This document shows positions 13,328 through 26,415 of a stretch of DNA of 64,000 nt, piece by piece. Each line of letters starts with the position of its first letter. The first letter of the stretch is position 1. Position numbers and translations under genes: made by a program. Origin of the DNA: Ginglymostoma cirratum. Its lineage: Eukaryota. Below the pieces are notes generated by a model, which did no database searches, had not been told where the DNA came from, and was given only the letters and a program-made list of their open reading frames with translations. Location of the stretch: contig JAHRHZ010000139.1 of assembly GCA_024137785.1 (NCBI GenBank), positions 35,659,438 through 35,723,437 of the forward strand, in the 5' to 3' direction.

Positions 13328-14114
13328 CATAACTGTTGATAGCTTGTACCGCGTCTGAGACACATACAGATGTATTTGACATATTTTGTAAACACTAATA
13401 GCCATCAGGCATTTTCCTCATGAGGAGAAATGCTATGATGAATTGGTTCTGGCATTCTTTTCCAGAAAGTTAGAAATCTCCAAATAGAGATATTAATGTG
13501 TGGAGCAATCTGAATATCATCATCTTCTAGGGTAGTCTTCATTTTTGTAGAGTTTTCTACATTTTGGTCAGTAACGTGAAAGGAAATGAAAGTATTAGAT
13601 TGATTGGTGTGTCAATGATATTGTAATCAAATAACTGCAATTTCAAAAGTCCCTAGGGACAGGATCTGTCAGAACACACTGCTTAAACTACTCGTGCCAT
13701 CTGCAGCATCAGCAAAAACTGGTATGATCTCCGAGATGCATCAGAAGTATGAAAGAGAACAGTACAAAAGTGATCATTTCTGATTAATTCCCTTGATATC
13801 TGGCATAAAACTACAGTTATTGAATGAGCTTAGATAATTTACCTCTCTTAAATGCTGAGTTATGTTCATCCTGACAGAATCCCAATGCCTTCAGGGACAT
13901 TAATGTAGCAATGTATTATTCTGTATCGCTTTCACAAGGTGCAGCATAAAACTTAGTCTGCATAATTGCTTGATAGCTTGTACCGCGTCTGAGACACGTA
14001 CAGATATATTTGACATATTTTGTAAACACTAATAGCCATCAGGCATTTCCTCATGAGGAGAAATGCTATGATGAATTGGTTCTGGCATTCTTTTCCAGAA
14101 AGTCAGAACTCTCC
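13328..14114 (+). repeat. ~154 bp near-identical direct repeat pair (13328-13481 and 13961-14114)
   Basis: Both copies read tgatagcttgtaccgcgtctgagacac..tttgacatattttgtaaacactaatagccatcaggcattt(t)cctcatgaggagaaatgctatgatgaattggttctggcattcttttccagaaagt with few substitutions. Confidence 0.95.
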
Positions 14115-14743
14115 TGATGAAGATATTTATCCTGGAAAGACCAGTGTTGTATGATTAAATGTTAATTTACATAAGAAAGAGTATCAGCCATAAAATAGAA
14201 AGAAAACAACCTTTTTCAAACAATGAAGGGTTTTGGCCACTTCCCAATATGGCAAAGTCTGGATTTTCATGTATCTTTGTTCGGATAATTAGCATGGCCA
14301 CATAATGGACGTGCCGGGGTTATCAGGACCAGCAGCTGGTAGGCTGGATTGATACGTAATGTTAATCATGTAGAGTACTATACTTCTCTTAAGTAATTTC
14401 TCTTTCTTCATATTTAACTAAGAGGGTACCAGTCTATGGCCTGGATCAGTTCTGCTCAGGGTGATGCCTTCTGTGGCAAAGCATTACTTAAATTGAACAG
14501 GACATAAGCCATTCTGCCCATCAAACCTGTTCTGCCATACCTTAACAATCATTTACCTACCTACAATCATAATCGATAATCCTTGATATACTTATCCATT
14601 TTAAAAATCTGTTGATAAAATTTACCAATCAATTATCATGGCTTTACTACAGAAGGTTTCCTCTATTCTTGAGGAAATGAATGTGCCTTGAATCATTTTT
14701 GACTTCAGAAGTCATATATATATGTAAATTCATTATATGTGTG

Positions 14744-15009
14744 TGTTATATATATTGTAATGTATTTTGTATGCGTGTAGTGATTGGAGGGAGGTTGTCT
14801 AGGTGGATCTCATTGAGTACGAGTTCCCTGTGATCCTGTTAACCTGGGCCAATCAGGGAGTCCTGGCTGACAGATATGAACAGGAGTGTCAGGGATTCCC
14901 CTCAATCTAGGGACTGGCTTTAAGCTGGCTGGTCAAAGTCCATGTATTGTGCATATGTAAATAAAGGGTGACTCAGTGACAGGCTACCAGCCCCTGTGGA
15001 GGTATTTCA
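14744..15009 (+). mobile_element. Probable solo LTR
   Basis: TG..CA ends (tgttatat...ggtatttca), CCAAT (ggccaatcagg), TATA-like gatatgaa and AATAAA near 14960 in LTR order; no clean TSD seen. Confidence 0.55.
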
Positions 15010-16109
15010 ATATATGAGACTTCTGGAGTCAAAACCTACTTAAAGTTAACTTATTAACGTGCAAAACCTCATTTCTTCGACAATAGAGCAAACCCTGTCT
15101 GGAAAAGCCATGAAAATAAATGAGTAAATTATAGATGTGAGATCAGTAATGATGTCAGACTACAGCCTCAATCTTTACATCCACTCTTTGGCCAAGCAGA
15201 GACTACCTGAAGGTGGTCTAATGGACATAGCATGGCTTTCTGCTCCTTGTAATTGCCTTTGCGCTTGCAAATGTTCCAAAGAAATTCTGCTCCAATGTGT
15301 TCCAAGTATAGTCCTAAATTGTTCATTCTGATGCATCATTATGCTTTCCTTTCTCTACCTACAACAGTTTTATTCATTGGAATTTGAACATGAATTCCAC
15401 GCTAGTATGCTTACATTTAAAGGAATTCTAGCAAATCAATATTTAAACCTCAGATGCGGGGAAAAAAATGGAATAAATTACTGAAAATTGGGTTAAACCA
15501 TTTAAAATTTTTCATCTATATGTAGATGAACTGAGCATATCAACTCAATCTCAAAGCAGAGGCAATTGAATCACGACTAAGTGTAGCTTGTTGGGTCAAA
15601 AACTAAGACAGACAAGCTATACTGTTTATTATTTGTAGTCTATCAGGAGACAGCAAATGATTATTAACACCTTAAGGACCAACCTCGGAAAGCTCCATTT
15701 CTTGTACTTCCAGCAGTAGAATAGAATTTACAACACAATGTTTCAAATGATTCCCATTTCGAAGCTGGAAGTAGTCAAATGATCCTGAACTGATGAAGGA
15801 ATGTTATTATTCCCTCTGTACAATTGAGGGGTGAATGCTGCATCTCAAGATGGCTAATGAGTTCAGGTCATGAGGTGGGAAAATTGCAGCTCTTTCAGTG
15901 TTTTTCTCCCATCATTCTATCAGCAAAATAGTGAATGAGCTGAGAGGGAAGTCAGAACCTTGGTGCATTGTGTTCTGGCCTTGCCTGAAAATTATGATGG
16001 GTCTCTGACTGCCAATAGCCCCACAGAATAGAGATGAGGTCTGGAGTTGAGTCTACGAGAGAAGGGTTTCCATGTGTCCCAGGCTTTGTAGAGCATTGGT
16101 GGGCCAAAA

Positions 16110-16335
16110 ACAGCCTATATTTCCATACCACCTTTATCATGATGAAGCATCCAGAAGCATTTCACAGGAGCAACATAAAATAAGATGCCATAAAACTATG
16201 TGAAGAGATATGTCAGATGACAAAAAGCTGGTCAGAGAGGTTAGTTTCAAGAAGTTTCTTGGGGGGCTAGAGAGATGAAGACACTTAGGGAGGGAATTCC
16301 ACAGCTCGAGACCTAGGCTGAAGGCATGGCCGTCA
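16110..16335 (-). mobile_element. L2-type LINE 3' end fragment
   Basis: ttagggagggaattccacagctcgagacctaggctgaaggcatggcc and aaagctggtcagagaggttagttt resemble antisense L2 3' regions. Confidence 0.55.
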
Positions 16336-17849
16336 CTGTTAGCTCAGTTGTGAAACCAGCTCACTGGATAATGAGGGACTGCCATTCTACAATTCCAAAG
16401 CTGAATCATTGCTTGGAATCTTTTCCTAAAAGTTTATGGATGTCCTTCTCCATTATAAAAAGGCAATTTGGGGACATGTTAAGTGTTTTGCTAATGGGCA
16501 TCGTGCACTTAAGTCCATTCTGCCACACTTTGGAGTCACTTAATTTATCAGAATATTTTAAAAGGACACACAGTAAAAAGACCAACTAAGTTTCAAGTCA
16601 GAAAATTAGCTTTTACAGCATCTTGTGTTTTCAGCCAACAATACAACCTTTTAACTGGTTAAAATGCAGATTTAATATTGTTTTTGCTTAGCTGAACCCT
16701 GCTCTATGTGATTGCATCCATGGAATAGCCATTTTAAAGCAGAACACCAACATGTTAAACGCTGCAAATACTGTTCAGTTTCAAGAGCCTATTATTCAAA
16801 ATGCCCCATTTCCAGCAAAACTGAAGATGGCAGGTAATCTTCGCCAGCAATTGGAAAAGCTTTAAAAGAAACTAGGAAAATGACAAGATTGCATCAGGTT
16901 TCATTAAGCAGTCAAAAGATGTCAGAACCTCCACGGTAATTACCTGTATGGGCAGAGCAACTTAGAAAATACTTAATGGATTTCAGTTTAAGGCAGCTTA
17001 AGGCGCATAAAAGAGAAGAAATTGCTGCACGTTGAGAAGGAACAATTTTGTGGTCACAAGCCTTGTGAAAGCTATAAATAAATCTGCACATAAATCAAAT
17101 AAATGCCAATGAAAATGCCATGTCAGAAAGAACAAAAAGCATGCCCGACTTGGATTCACAAGCTCAATGAGTACTGACCACTAATGATGGAGAGTTTATC
17201 AAATTCAAAAGCAAGGTGCAACATCAAAGTAGCACAATGTTTTTACAGGATATGGGAAGTTGGAAGATAATCCGCATCTTTAAATTGAACCTGACATCTC
17301 CTCAACTGACATCCAAAAAATTATCACCAGCTGTAAAAGACTTTTTTTTAATCTGCAGAAGGTTATGGGCCACAATTCCAAGTGTTATACCAGAATTTGT
17401 GTCTTAAAACGCTGTCACTACTCCTGTACTTGTCAGTGCACACCATCCATCAAGCGTGAACTCCATACAATCAAAATGCAACCTACAATAAACCTTGTAC
17501 TGTTACCATCTAGACAAACAAGGGCAATTGTACACATGCAAAACAAGTCTACCTCCCAGGTTATAATCTACACTGATTTGGAAATTAATGTTTGATATTT
17601 CATCATTGATGTATTAAAATTCTGAAGGTAGTTCTGATAAAAGGTTATTGACCTGAAACATTGTGTTGGACTTTCATCCTCAAGGTTGGTGGAAGGAACT
17701 GGGAGATTTCCTGGCTTGGTCCATCCACCTCAGGAGAATGTGCCTGCGAGAATGAGATTTCATTGGCCAGGCAGATGCCAGCTAACCCCGGCAAAAAGTA
17801 AAAAGGTAGGGACCTCTGCTGGCTGCAGACGTGGGTGGCTTTAAAGGCC

Positions 17850-18295
17850 ACAAGACCAGAGGAAATAGGTAAGGAGTAGGTTGTTTGGTCCCTCAAGCCT
17901 GCTCTGCCATTCAGTACGATCATGGCTGATTCAACATTCCTCACATCCATGTTCCTGCCCTTTCCCCATAACTCTTGATCAAGAATCTCTGTATCTCAAC
18001 CATAAAGGGATTTGCCCCACAGCTCTCTGTGGCAAGATGCTTCAAAGATTCGCACCCTTTTGAGAGAAGAAATTCCTCCTCTGATCAGTCTTAAATTGGT
18101 GACCTTTTATTCTGAGACTATGCCCTCTGATCCTAGACTTTCCCAACACAGGAAACATCCTCTCAGCATTTACCCTGTCAAGAATCCTATATGTTTCAAT
18201 AAGATCACCTCTCATTCTTCTAAACTCCAGTGGGTAGAGCTCCAACCTGTTTAGCCTTTGCTCATAAGACACTCCCTCCATACCAGAGACCACCA
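17850..18295 (-). mobile_element. CR1 LINE 3' fragment
   Basis: ORF 18042-18296: SYEQRLNRLELYPLEFRRMRGDLIETYRIL...RGHSLRI...RRNFFSQ (CR1 ORF2 C-terminus), plus CR1 3' UTR. Confidence 0.88.
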
Positions 18296-18954
18296 TGATG
18301 TCATGGGACTTTGCTATAGTAACAGCAAAAACAGAAAGGCCCTCCAGCCATTGCCCCTCACATCCATACTATCCTCATGCTTTCCCCATGCCCCAACCGT
18401 TCTGCCTCATGCTCTCTTCTCACCCCTACATTCCCTCATTCCAAGGTATGCTCCCCACGTAATCCCCCATATACCAGGCTGCGGTACTTCAATACCACTA
18501 ACCCACTATATACTGTATAGAAGTAATGAGCCCTTCAGTGATAATTTAATGTGTTAAATATCTTTAAAAACGTTGATCATTTTCCATTATGTTAAAAATA
18601 TCTATTTTTCACTCCAGGGGCAAACATCCAGGGAGCCCCATAAAAGGTATGGTCACCCATTCCTTGACGTACAAGACCTCCCTTCCCTGCTTGAGGTATG
18701 GACCGGGTCTCCAGGAATACATGATTCTCCAGCTTTGAAGGTTTATAGTATTTCCTAGTTTGTTACAACCCAATCCTAACCTAAAACTTAATAACATTGA
18801 TGATAGAAAAGTTCTACTGCATCTGAAATGTGTGTGCTTTGGTGGTGTTTTGACTATCAAATCAAACACTGTAGAATGAGTTTCCATTTTATTATCACTT
18901 ATAATATCACCTAAGAGTAACTGTTTTGTTAAAAATATTAATATTAAAATCACA

Positions 18955-19176
18955 CCAAAAGTCTAAAGACATGCAGGTTAGGTAGATTCGACATGCTAAA
19001 TTGCCCGTATTGTCCAGGGATGTGTAGGTTAGATGGATTAGTCATGGGAAATGCAGGGTTACAGGGATAGGGTAGGGGGTGGGTTTGGGTGGGATGCTGT
19101 TCAGAGGGTCAGTGTAGACTCGATAGGCCAAATGGCCTGCTTCCACAATGTAGGGAGTCTATGATTCTTCTATGAT
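18955..19176 (+). mobile_element. HE1/V-SINE-type SINE, 5'-truncated
   Basis: aaagacatgcaggttaggtagattcgacatgctaaattgccc...ggccaaatggcctgcttccacaatgtagggagtctatgatt. Confidence 0.8.
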
Positions 19177-19668
19177 TAAGAATAATGGGGAGTACACTCC
19201 TCTCTAGATGGCAATTTTCTTTGTTTAACAGGGCACTGAATTGTGTCTTGAGGGGCTAATAACATAAAGACAGGGAGGAAATTAACTTGCTAGTATCTAC
19301 ATTCTTAATAAGTCTTCCTTTCCAAATTGGCAAATGTACAAAACTATTAAACTGGTCTACATTTCATAGAAATTTCTAGCTGAACATTTTCTGATTATGC
19401 GACATGTGGTTACTGTAACTACCTTCATCCCTAATGAACCATTAACTGAATACAAAAACATTAGCTCATCATATCTCTGTGCAGTATAGGCAATACATAT
19501 TCATAAAGCCTGGCACCTGAAATAAACTCTCCTCTCCCTTACTAGATCTTGACTGCATGTATGATCCTATAATTTATGTGGTGTGTCATTTACCAGCAGT
19601 AACGGGTTTAGGCTGTTGCCTCAGATATTCTGAGGAGCCAGTCAATCCCGTAAACAAGTGCATATCTT

Positions 19669-20653
19669 GGGTCAGATTTTCTGGGTAGTGACAATCTTGA
19701 GCAGATTGCCACTCTGGCTGATTTCCTTTAGGATAGAAAGGGATAAAGGGTTTAACAGCAGTCAGCTGCTCTCAACGGGGATGTGTATAAGGTGAGTGTG
19801 ACGATCAGGTGCTGGGAGGGTAAGCTGCCTGATGGTTGAGAGGTAAGTTGCCACGTAAGTAGGGTGCCAGCTTGGGAAGGGTCGGTGCAATGAGTATGAT
19901 GCAAGATGAGTAAGGGGTATGGTGCCAGCCGGGCACAGTGGCAGGTGGGGAGGAGACAGGATATCAGGTGAATAGACTATCAGCTGTGAAAGCTGCCAGG
20001 ATGCAAAGTGGCAAGGTTAGTTAGCAGTGTTTAGGGTAGATTGGGGTGAGTGGGAGAAATCAGGTTTGTCTGGGGGAGTAGGTGGGTATTGGGTCTGGAG
20101 GGATGTGATTGGGTCATGTATGCCAGCAATGGGCAGCATTGGTATGTATGGTCTGGTGGCAATGGGGTCAGCTGAGGTCCTGTAGGGAGGTAATTTTGGG
20201 TCCAGTAGTAGGGGTGTTAGGTTGAGTTTGGCAGAGTATGTTGAATCAGCTTGAGTGGGGTGGAGGCAGGGTGCATTTGTTGGGTTGGGTCCAAGGTTGG
20301 GGGGTTACAGACATGGGGATGCTGGGTCAGGGTCTGGGAGGTAAGGGGTCTGGGAGAGTTGTAGTTTGGGGGTGTCAGTGGTAAGTATGAGTCAGTTTAA
20401 TAGTTATTCATGAGTTAGACTGTGCATTTAACAGTCTAACTTCTATTTTACTTTATCTCTTTGAAACCACTGAATTCTCTGATTTAAATGGAGGGTTTCA
20501 GAGGGCTCCAGGTGTTGAGGTGTTGTCCAATGGAATCTTCATTTGCCTAGGGAAACCCTTTGAATCTGTTAGAATGGAGATTTGCAGGATCCCCATATGC
20601 AACTCCCACCTGGCCTGGAATAACGACTGTTGGCCATTGGAAAATCCAGGCCT
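19669..20653. mobile_element. MITE-like non-autonomous DNA transposon with imperfect TIRs
   Basis: Left end gggtcagattttct, right end ggaaaatccaggcc; G-rich non-coding interior; related terminus at 2004. Confidence 0.55.
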
Positions 20654-21197
20654 TCATCATTAGAGTGTGCCCTCCTTTATCAACTCAAGAAAAGTAACAC
20701 AGAAATGCAACAATAGAATCTCCTTGCTTAAAATCATTACTTTATTTTGTGTGTCCTCACACGTGCTTCCACAATTTTACCAAAGGTAAACCGATTGAAT
20801 ATTTGATAAGGTGAGGCCTGGTGTGAATTGTTAAACTGATTCATTTTCGAACAGATGAACATTCACTCTAACAATGATATTCAAATTCACTCAATCCAAT
20901 CAGTAAAGCTTGCCTTTGAAAAATAATACAAGACAATAAAAATGCTACAAATTCCAATCTTAGAGGTTTCTCTGACTGATGTTAAACCTTCCCAATGCAC
21001 ATTTCTTCCTAAAGACTTAGCTGGATGTGAATGTTTCCATCTCTGTTTTATCCAATTTTCAGACCCTGGAACTGAGGGACATGTCTACCAACTGAGTAGG
21101 AATAGGGTGCTCGCTATGTGATGGTTGTTAATTGATGACTGAGACAAATTGAATCATTCCTTGGTAACTTCAATACCTCACACATTAGCATTGCAAC

Positions 21198-22935
21198 TAT
21201 GGGCGGAATGTTTCTTTTTTGATCTAGTCCAATTTGTGCGGAGTTTTTTGGAGAGATTTCTGCAATGAGACCTCGTGAGTTTTCTCACTGTATCTTACCA
21301 AACATGCCCCATTAATTACTTACCTATGGTGTCTGTCACATCTTGACACAAGATCCCAGAACAACTTGCCACTCAACAGATATCCTCTGCAAGACTGGCA
21401 TTCCTTGTGCCTATGCCATCTTTAAAAGGCTGTTGTGCACCCAAATAAGCAATGGAATTGTGATGCTGCCCTCCTTTATTGAGAGACAGAATCTGAACAT
21501 GTTAGAAAAGGGGAAGATGACACCACAGTCTTTGACAGGGACCTAGAGGCGTTGGTGGAGAAGGTAGTGTAGAGGACAGAAGTTCTTTTCCCAGATGACC
21601 AGCAGAGGAACCCACAGCACCAGACCCTGGCAACCTGGTCCAAGATCGCCATCTGGTTCAGTGCCATCTCCACGGTACAAAGGAACTGTCACCAATGCCA
21701 TAAGGTCAATGGCATTCTCCGCTGCCACTGGTTAAGTGAGCCACTCTTCTGTCTGCTTCCTCACACTCACTCTATCTCTGCTACTGCACCCACCTCCCAC
21801 AAAAGCCCATTCTCTGCCACTGTCATGTTGCCTGCTCCTACCCCATTCCCACAGCATCCTTCACCATTAACCATGCATGACCTCTGCAATGCATCCTCAC
21901 TCCCTCGCCACCTTTCGACCACTTCCACCAGCTGTGCCACCCATTCTCATCTCACGCATTGCCTCCCATTCTATTATTGCAGGAGAAGACGGTCTATATC
22001 AGGGGAAAGGCCAAGCCTGTTTGGATGGAGGAGTCTGAAATCTCCTGACTTCATATTAGGAGAGAACCCGTCCCTCACAAGAGAACACCAGGACCACTCC
22101 AGCAGAAATGCTGATTCATAATGCCCTGCCAACTAAGTACCATACTTCATTTCACTGTAACTCTCACATTAACCCCACTGTTAGTGTTGTCCAATACACA
22201 CCACTTCGAACCATTGGCAGCAATGTCATCTCTCTCTTGTGATTTATCACCAGCATCTTCATTACCTCCACGGTGAAACTCCTGACTCCATCAGAAACCA
22301 TCTTATGGACCTCTGAGGATGAGGCCTCAGAGCAAGCATAGGCAGGGTTGCTTTCTGTCCACCCACCCGGACCAGATACAGTCACTTCAGTGGAAATGGC
22401 AGGCCTATAAAGTGTGGATATACGATGCAGCGAGCACCTCACTGTGATAGCTCCACAACTGGCTGAGAAAGAAACGCTCTAGGTCAGAGACCAGGTACCT
22501 GCTCAGGCCCAGGCAGAAGAGGACCCTGTGGTACCGGCAATCAGGGACTTCAACGACCTGCGCAGGAAGGAACAGGGGCAGCAGACAGAAATGTGGGAGA
22601 CAATGGTACTCGTTGCCCAGATCCTGTGATTGTCTCCACAGACAGGTTGGTGGCTGTCATGGAGAGCCAGGTCCAACCTCTTCAGGGGCTACTAGAGAGA
22701 TTCACACTCTCCAGTACTCCATCACCTTAGCCATTGGACCTCAGGACCAAAGACATGGTGACAGGGCAACAGGGAAAATAGCTCATACACCAGGTTCCCA
22801 GTCTTCACAAGGAGATAGGGCATTGCCAAGAGGCAACCAGGTGGAGGGGGAGCCACACACAACCTTCTCAGAGATCTGTACTCATTACACTACATGACCA
22901 ACCTATCCACGTCCACCCAGTCTGCCCTCCCTTGT
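21198..22935 (+). mobile_element. Harbinger-type transposon remnant carrying a decayed, intron-containing Myb/SANT-like gene
   Basis: MLEKGKMTPQ/FDRDLEALVEKVV*RTEVLFPDDQQRNPQHQTLATWSKIAIWFSAISTVQRNCHQCHKVNGILR (Myb/SANT-like W..IA...R...QC.K pattern), donor near 21731, acceptor ctattattgcag|GAG AAG ACG at 21982. Confidence 0.65.
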
Positions 22936-23823
22936 AAGTGATGGAGCTCCCAATGTCAAGATCATCCCCACCAGACTTCTCATCTGATTCTGTCTCAAAT
23001 CTTGCTATAGCACACTTTGCTTGGACCTTTACAAAATTCTATTCTATGTTTCGTCTCAAAACTATGTGAGTAAAGATAGTTTTAAAAATTCAATACGACA
23101 ATATTACTAAAATATGTCGCTTTTCCAAAGGTCCACACAAAAAAATTAAAAATCCTAAATGCGGTACATATCAACACTTAACATTTTTATACGGATTTAC
23201 TTTGCTATTAATAACAGACGAAGAGAAAGGTAGTTTGATTAAATTTTATTCGTGTTCTAAATTTGATTAGCATGATTTCTGGTCTACAATGTAAATAATT
23301 TATTTACTTAATGTGGCTCAAATAATTCAAAAACAAAAGTTCATCTGTAGAACACAGAAGCTTGATTTATTTAACGACGTCTGTCATTCATATTCATTAT
23401 TGCACAGGCTCACAGTTATATGGCAAGTATCAATCTGAATATATAAAAGCAAAAGATGTTGTAAATACTCAGTAAGTCAGGCAGGATCCGTGGAGAGAGA
23501 AAAACGAAATTAAAGGAACAAGTATTACTAGCCAAAAGCAGGTCATTTTGGGTGTATAAGAGGAGTTTAATCCACTTAATACAACATTGGGCTCCTATTC
23601 AGCCTTCTTCGGGGTTTTATGAGAAGATGGACGTAAATATGGACATCGCTTGCAGCTGTCAGTTAAGGCATCTACATATTTTAGTAGGTGTTGAGCTGCT
23701 GTTTGAACCTAACTTTAGCAGCCTGGGAACCTTATTCCCAACTTGTCAGCAACTTGTCAGGATTGATGAGTGCCCAGCGCGAAGTGTTTCTTTAGTTAAA
23801 TTTACGAGCTGTGAAGGGCATGC

Positions 23824-23886
23824 AGCAAAGTAGCACAGTGGGAGCATGCTGGGCCTATAACCCAGAAGTTAATGGATCAAAGCCAT
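23824..23886 (+). pseudogene. Initiator tRNA-Met pseudogene (3'-truncated, anticodon CAT>TAT)
   Basis: agcaaagtagcacagtgggagcatgctgggcctataacccagaagttaatggatcaaagccat aligns without gaps to vertebrate tRNA-iMet AGCAGAGTGGCGCAGCGGAAGCGTGCTGGGCCCATAACCCAGAGGTCGATGGATCGAAACCAT; differences are transitions, many at CpG; 3' acceptor strand absent. Confidence 0.85.
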
Positions 23887-23890
23887 ATTA

Positions 23891-24008
23891 AGGCTCTTGT
23901 GGCATGGTGGTAGTGTTCCTAACTCTAGGCCAGACAGACCTAGGTTCAAGACCCACGTGGTCCAGAGGTTTGTCACACAACATTTGAACAGGATGATTAA
24001 AAATATCT
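23891..24008 (+). mobile_element. Short tRNA-derived SINE, same family as the 22-1086 array units
   Basis: ggctcttgtggcatggtggtagtgttcctaactctaggcc..ggttcaagacccac..tttgaacaggatgattaaaaatatct. Confidence 0.75.
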
Positions 24009-25589
24009 ACAAGCTTTATCAATTACAGTGAAGGACTCTAGCCATGAAAAGGTGTGTGGTATGCTGTTCCATGCATTTCTGGAATCAGACTTCGATCATG
24101 TTTAGGAAGGGACTTCCAGCACCATGCAATCCACTCACTAGCAGCTGCATTTTCCTACTGCTAGCCTTCACTAGAGCATTGGGTTCAGCTTCCAGTTCTG
24201 CCAAGGGGCAAGAGGCAAAGAAATACCAGGAGCAGGAAGAGCAACACCAGCAGTAGCAGCTGCCTTCTCCTTAGCCAGATGGACAGAGGGGTTGATGTAG
24301 AGCTCTAACTGAAAGGAGGTGAGATTCCCAAATAGCGTCTATAGACAGATACTCAACTCTCCCGTGCTTCGTGAGGTTCATCCTCTTACAGTGGCTAACA
24401 TCCACCATCAAGATATCTTTACAAGCAGAATAAGTTGGACATCTATTGCCAGTTGCAATTGAAGTTCTAGTCACTGGTTAGTCATCCTTGTTTGTTTGCC
24501 TCTTGTCAAGCTGCAAGAAGAGGAACCAGAGAGTTGTGCCTGTTTGGGTTGAGGAGGGAAGGATAAGTGTAATAGGGCCACAGAAAGATACTGAGTATGA
24601 GCATTGCTGTGGGGATTTCAGGTGCCTACAGACAGTCAAGTGATTGGGGCTGCAAGGTGTGTTGACCTGAGACCTTCTATGTACAAGAAAACTGAGGAAA
24701 TTAGAGTGTGTGGTTTGGTACCTCAAAGTTATTTGTCACTCACCTGTCATGCCCTTGTGAGGTGTTAAATTTGCTTGACACTATGTTTCCAGGTGGAAGG
24801 AACCACATTCAATTTTTCTGTGCGTTAGTTCATAAATTCCAAGATAAGTTCAACATTTTTTAAAGCTAGTCAACCTGAATCTAATTATTGGAACGAGAAA
24901 CAGATCAAATCAACATAACGAAAGCTGGAAATGTTCAATACATGACACAGAGTATGTTCCTGGAATTATGTGTCACACTTGAACCAGGCCATATACTGTC
25001 AGATTTGAGTCAATACAGCTACAGCTAATTTTAATACTTTTCAGAATGTATTAGCTAACACAAGTCCACATGTCAATCTGATTATGTCAAGGTAGTTGCG
25101 CAGTAGTGTGCTGATGCATTGCCCTCACGATATTGTTAAGTGTGTAATAAACTTTAATTCCATCACATTACTTTCATGCATTATTCTGAAGCCATAAAGT
25201 AGAATAGATGGAAGTGGACTACCTCAGTGGTGGAAATTATTTCGCTGCTACTTCTGACAGAAGTCAAGACACCCGCTGTCTGAACATATTCATGTTAATA
25301 GGAGTTTGAGGTTAAAAGTGCATCGTGAGCAACTAAACATTCTCGGAAATGACATTGTAGCCTAGAAGAGTGGGCATCCAATGTAATGAAGGATTCATCT
25401 TAAATGTGAACTGGAATTGATGGACTGGCAAGAATGAGAAAGAACAGTAAAGATGAGAAAACTAAAGACATGTTACTTCACCAATTAGAAAAATGAACTG
25501 CACGTATCCACCATTACCTGCACACAGGCAAAGTTTGCTGGCAAAGGACAGGAAACAATAGCACATTTTAAGCAGCAGATCAACCGTTT

Positions 25590-25962
25590 GTTTTTCATTC
25601 TTCTTTCAAGGGCTATGGGCTTCACTGACAAGGCCAGCATTAGTTCCCCTTTTCTAACTGTCCTTGAAGTGTGTGGCTTGTATTCAGGGTCAGCACATTA
25701 CTGTGGGTCTGGAGTTACAAGTAGGCAACACCAGATATGGTCAGCTGATTTCCTTCCCTGAAGGGCAACGTGAGTTAGATAAGCTTTCAAACAATGATTT
25801 GATGAAAGTTTCATGGTCACCATGACTGAGACAAGCTTTATAATTCCAGATTTATAGATTGAATTTAAGACCCACCAGCTGCCGTGAGGAAATTTGAATC
25901 CATGTCCCCAGAGCATTAAGTTGGGCTGCCAGTTTGCTGATGACATTACCAATAAGCCACCT
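25590..25962 (-). mobile_element. tRNA-derived SINE related to LINE 27207-30390 (subfamily B, more diverged)
   Basis: Minus strand ...ccagacccacagtaatgtg...caagccacacacttcaaggacagttag...aatgctggccttgtcagtgaagccc; head with ggattcaaatttcctcacggcagctggtgg. Confidence 0.7.
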
Positions 25963-26415
25963 TCTCTTCCTTTAGGCTGGTGACTACTATAGGGACTGTT
26001 TTCCCAAGTTCCAAGCAGGCAGATAACTAGAGGCAGAACAAAATAATGTACCAAAGGACCCTTAGTGCTACCATGCAGCACAAGGCTAGCCTTGAATATT
26101 CTCGACATTTGTGCTTTCAGAAATGTAATTATCCTACAATGATACTTCATTTACCTTTTCATTTCTCTGGAATTTTCTGCATCTATCATAAGTTCCTAAC
26201 ATCACCTCAAATGCATATTTGAATCTGTGAGTAACTGTACAAGTAGGCTGACATAATGGAGATCAGTTAATACACTACCTTCCCATCGTAATTAGCATCA
26301 CGTCTTAACTTTTTCAATCTGAATCACACAAGTAGATTAAAGTTAGCTCCAGTGCCTGCACAAACCATTATTAGCATACTAATGCAGTTTGATATTATCA
26401 AGGAAACACTTAGCC

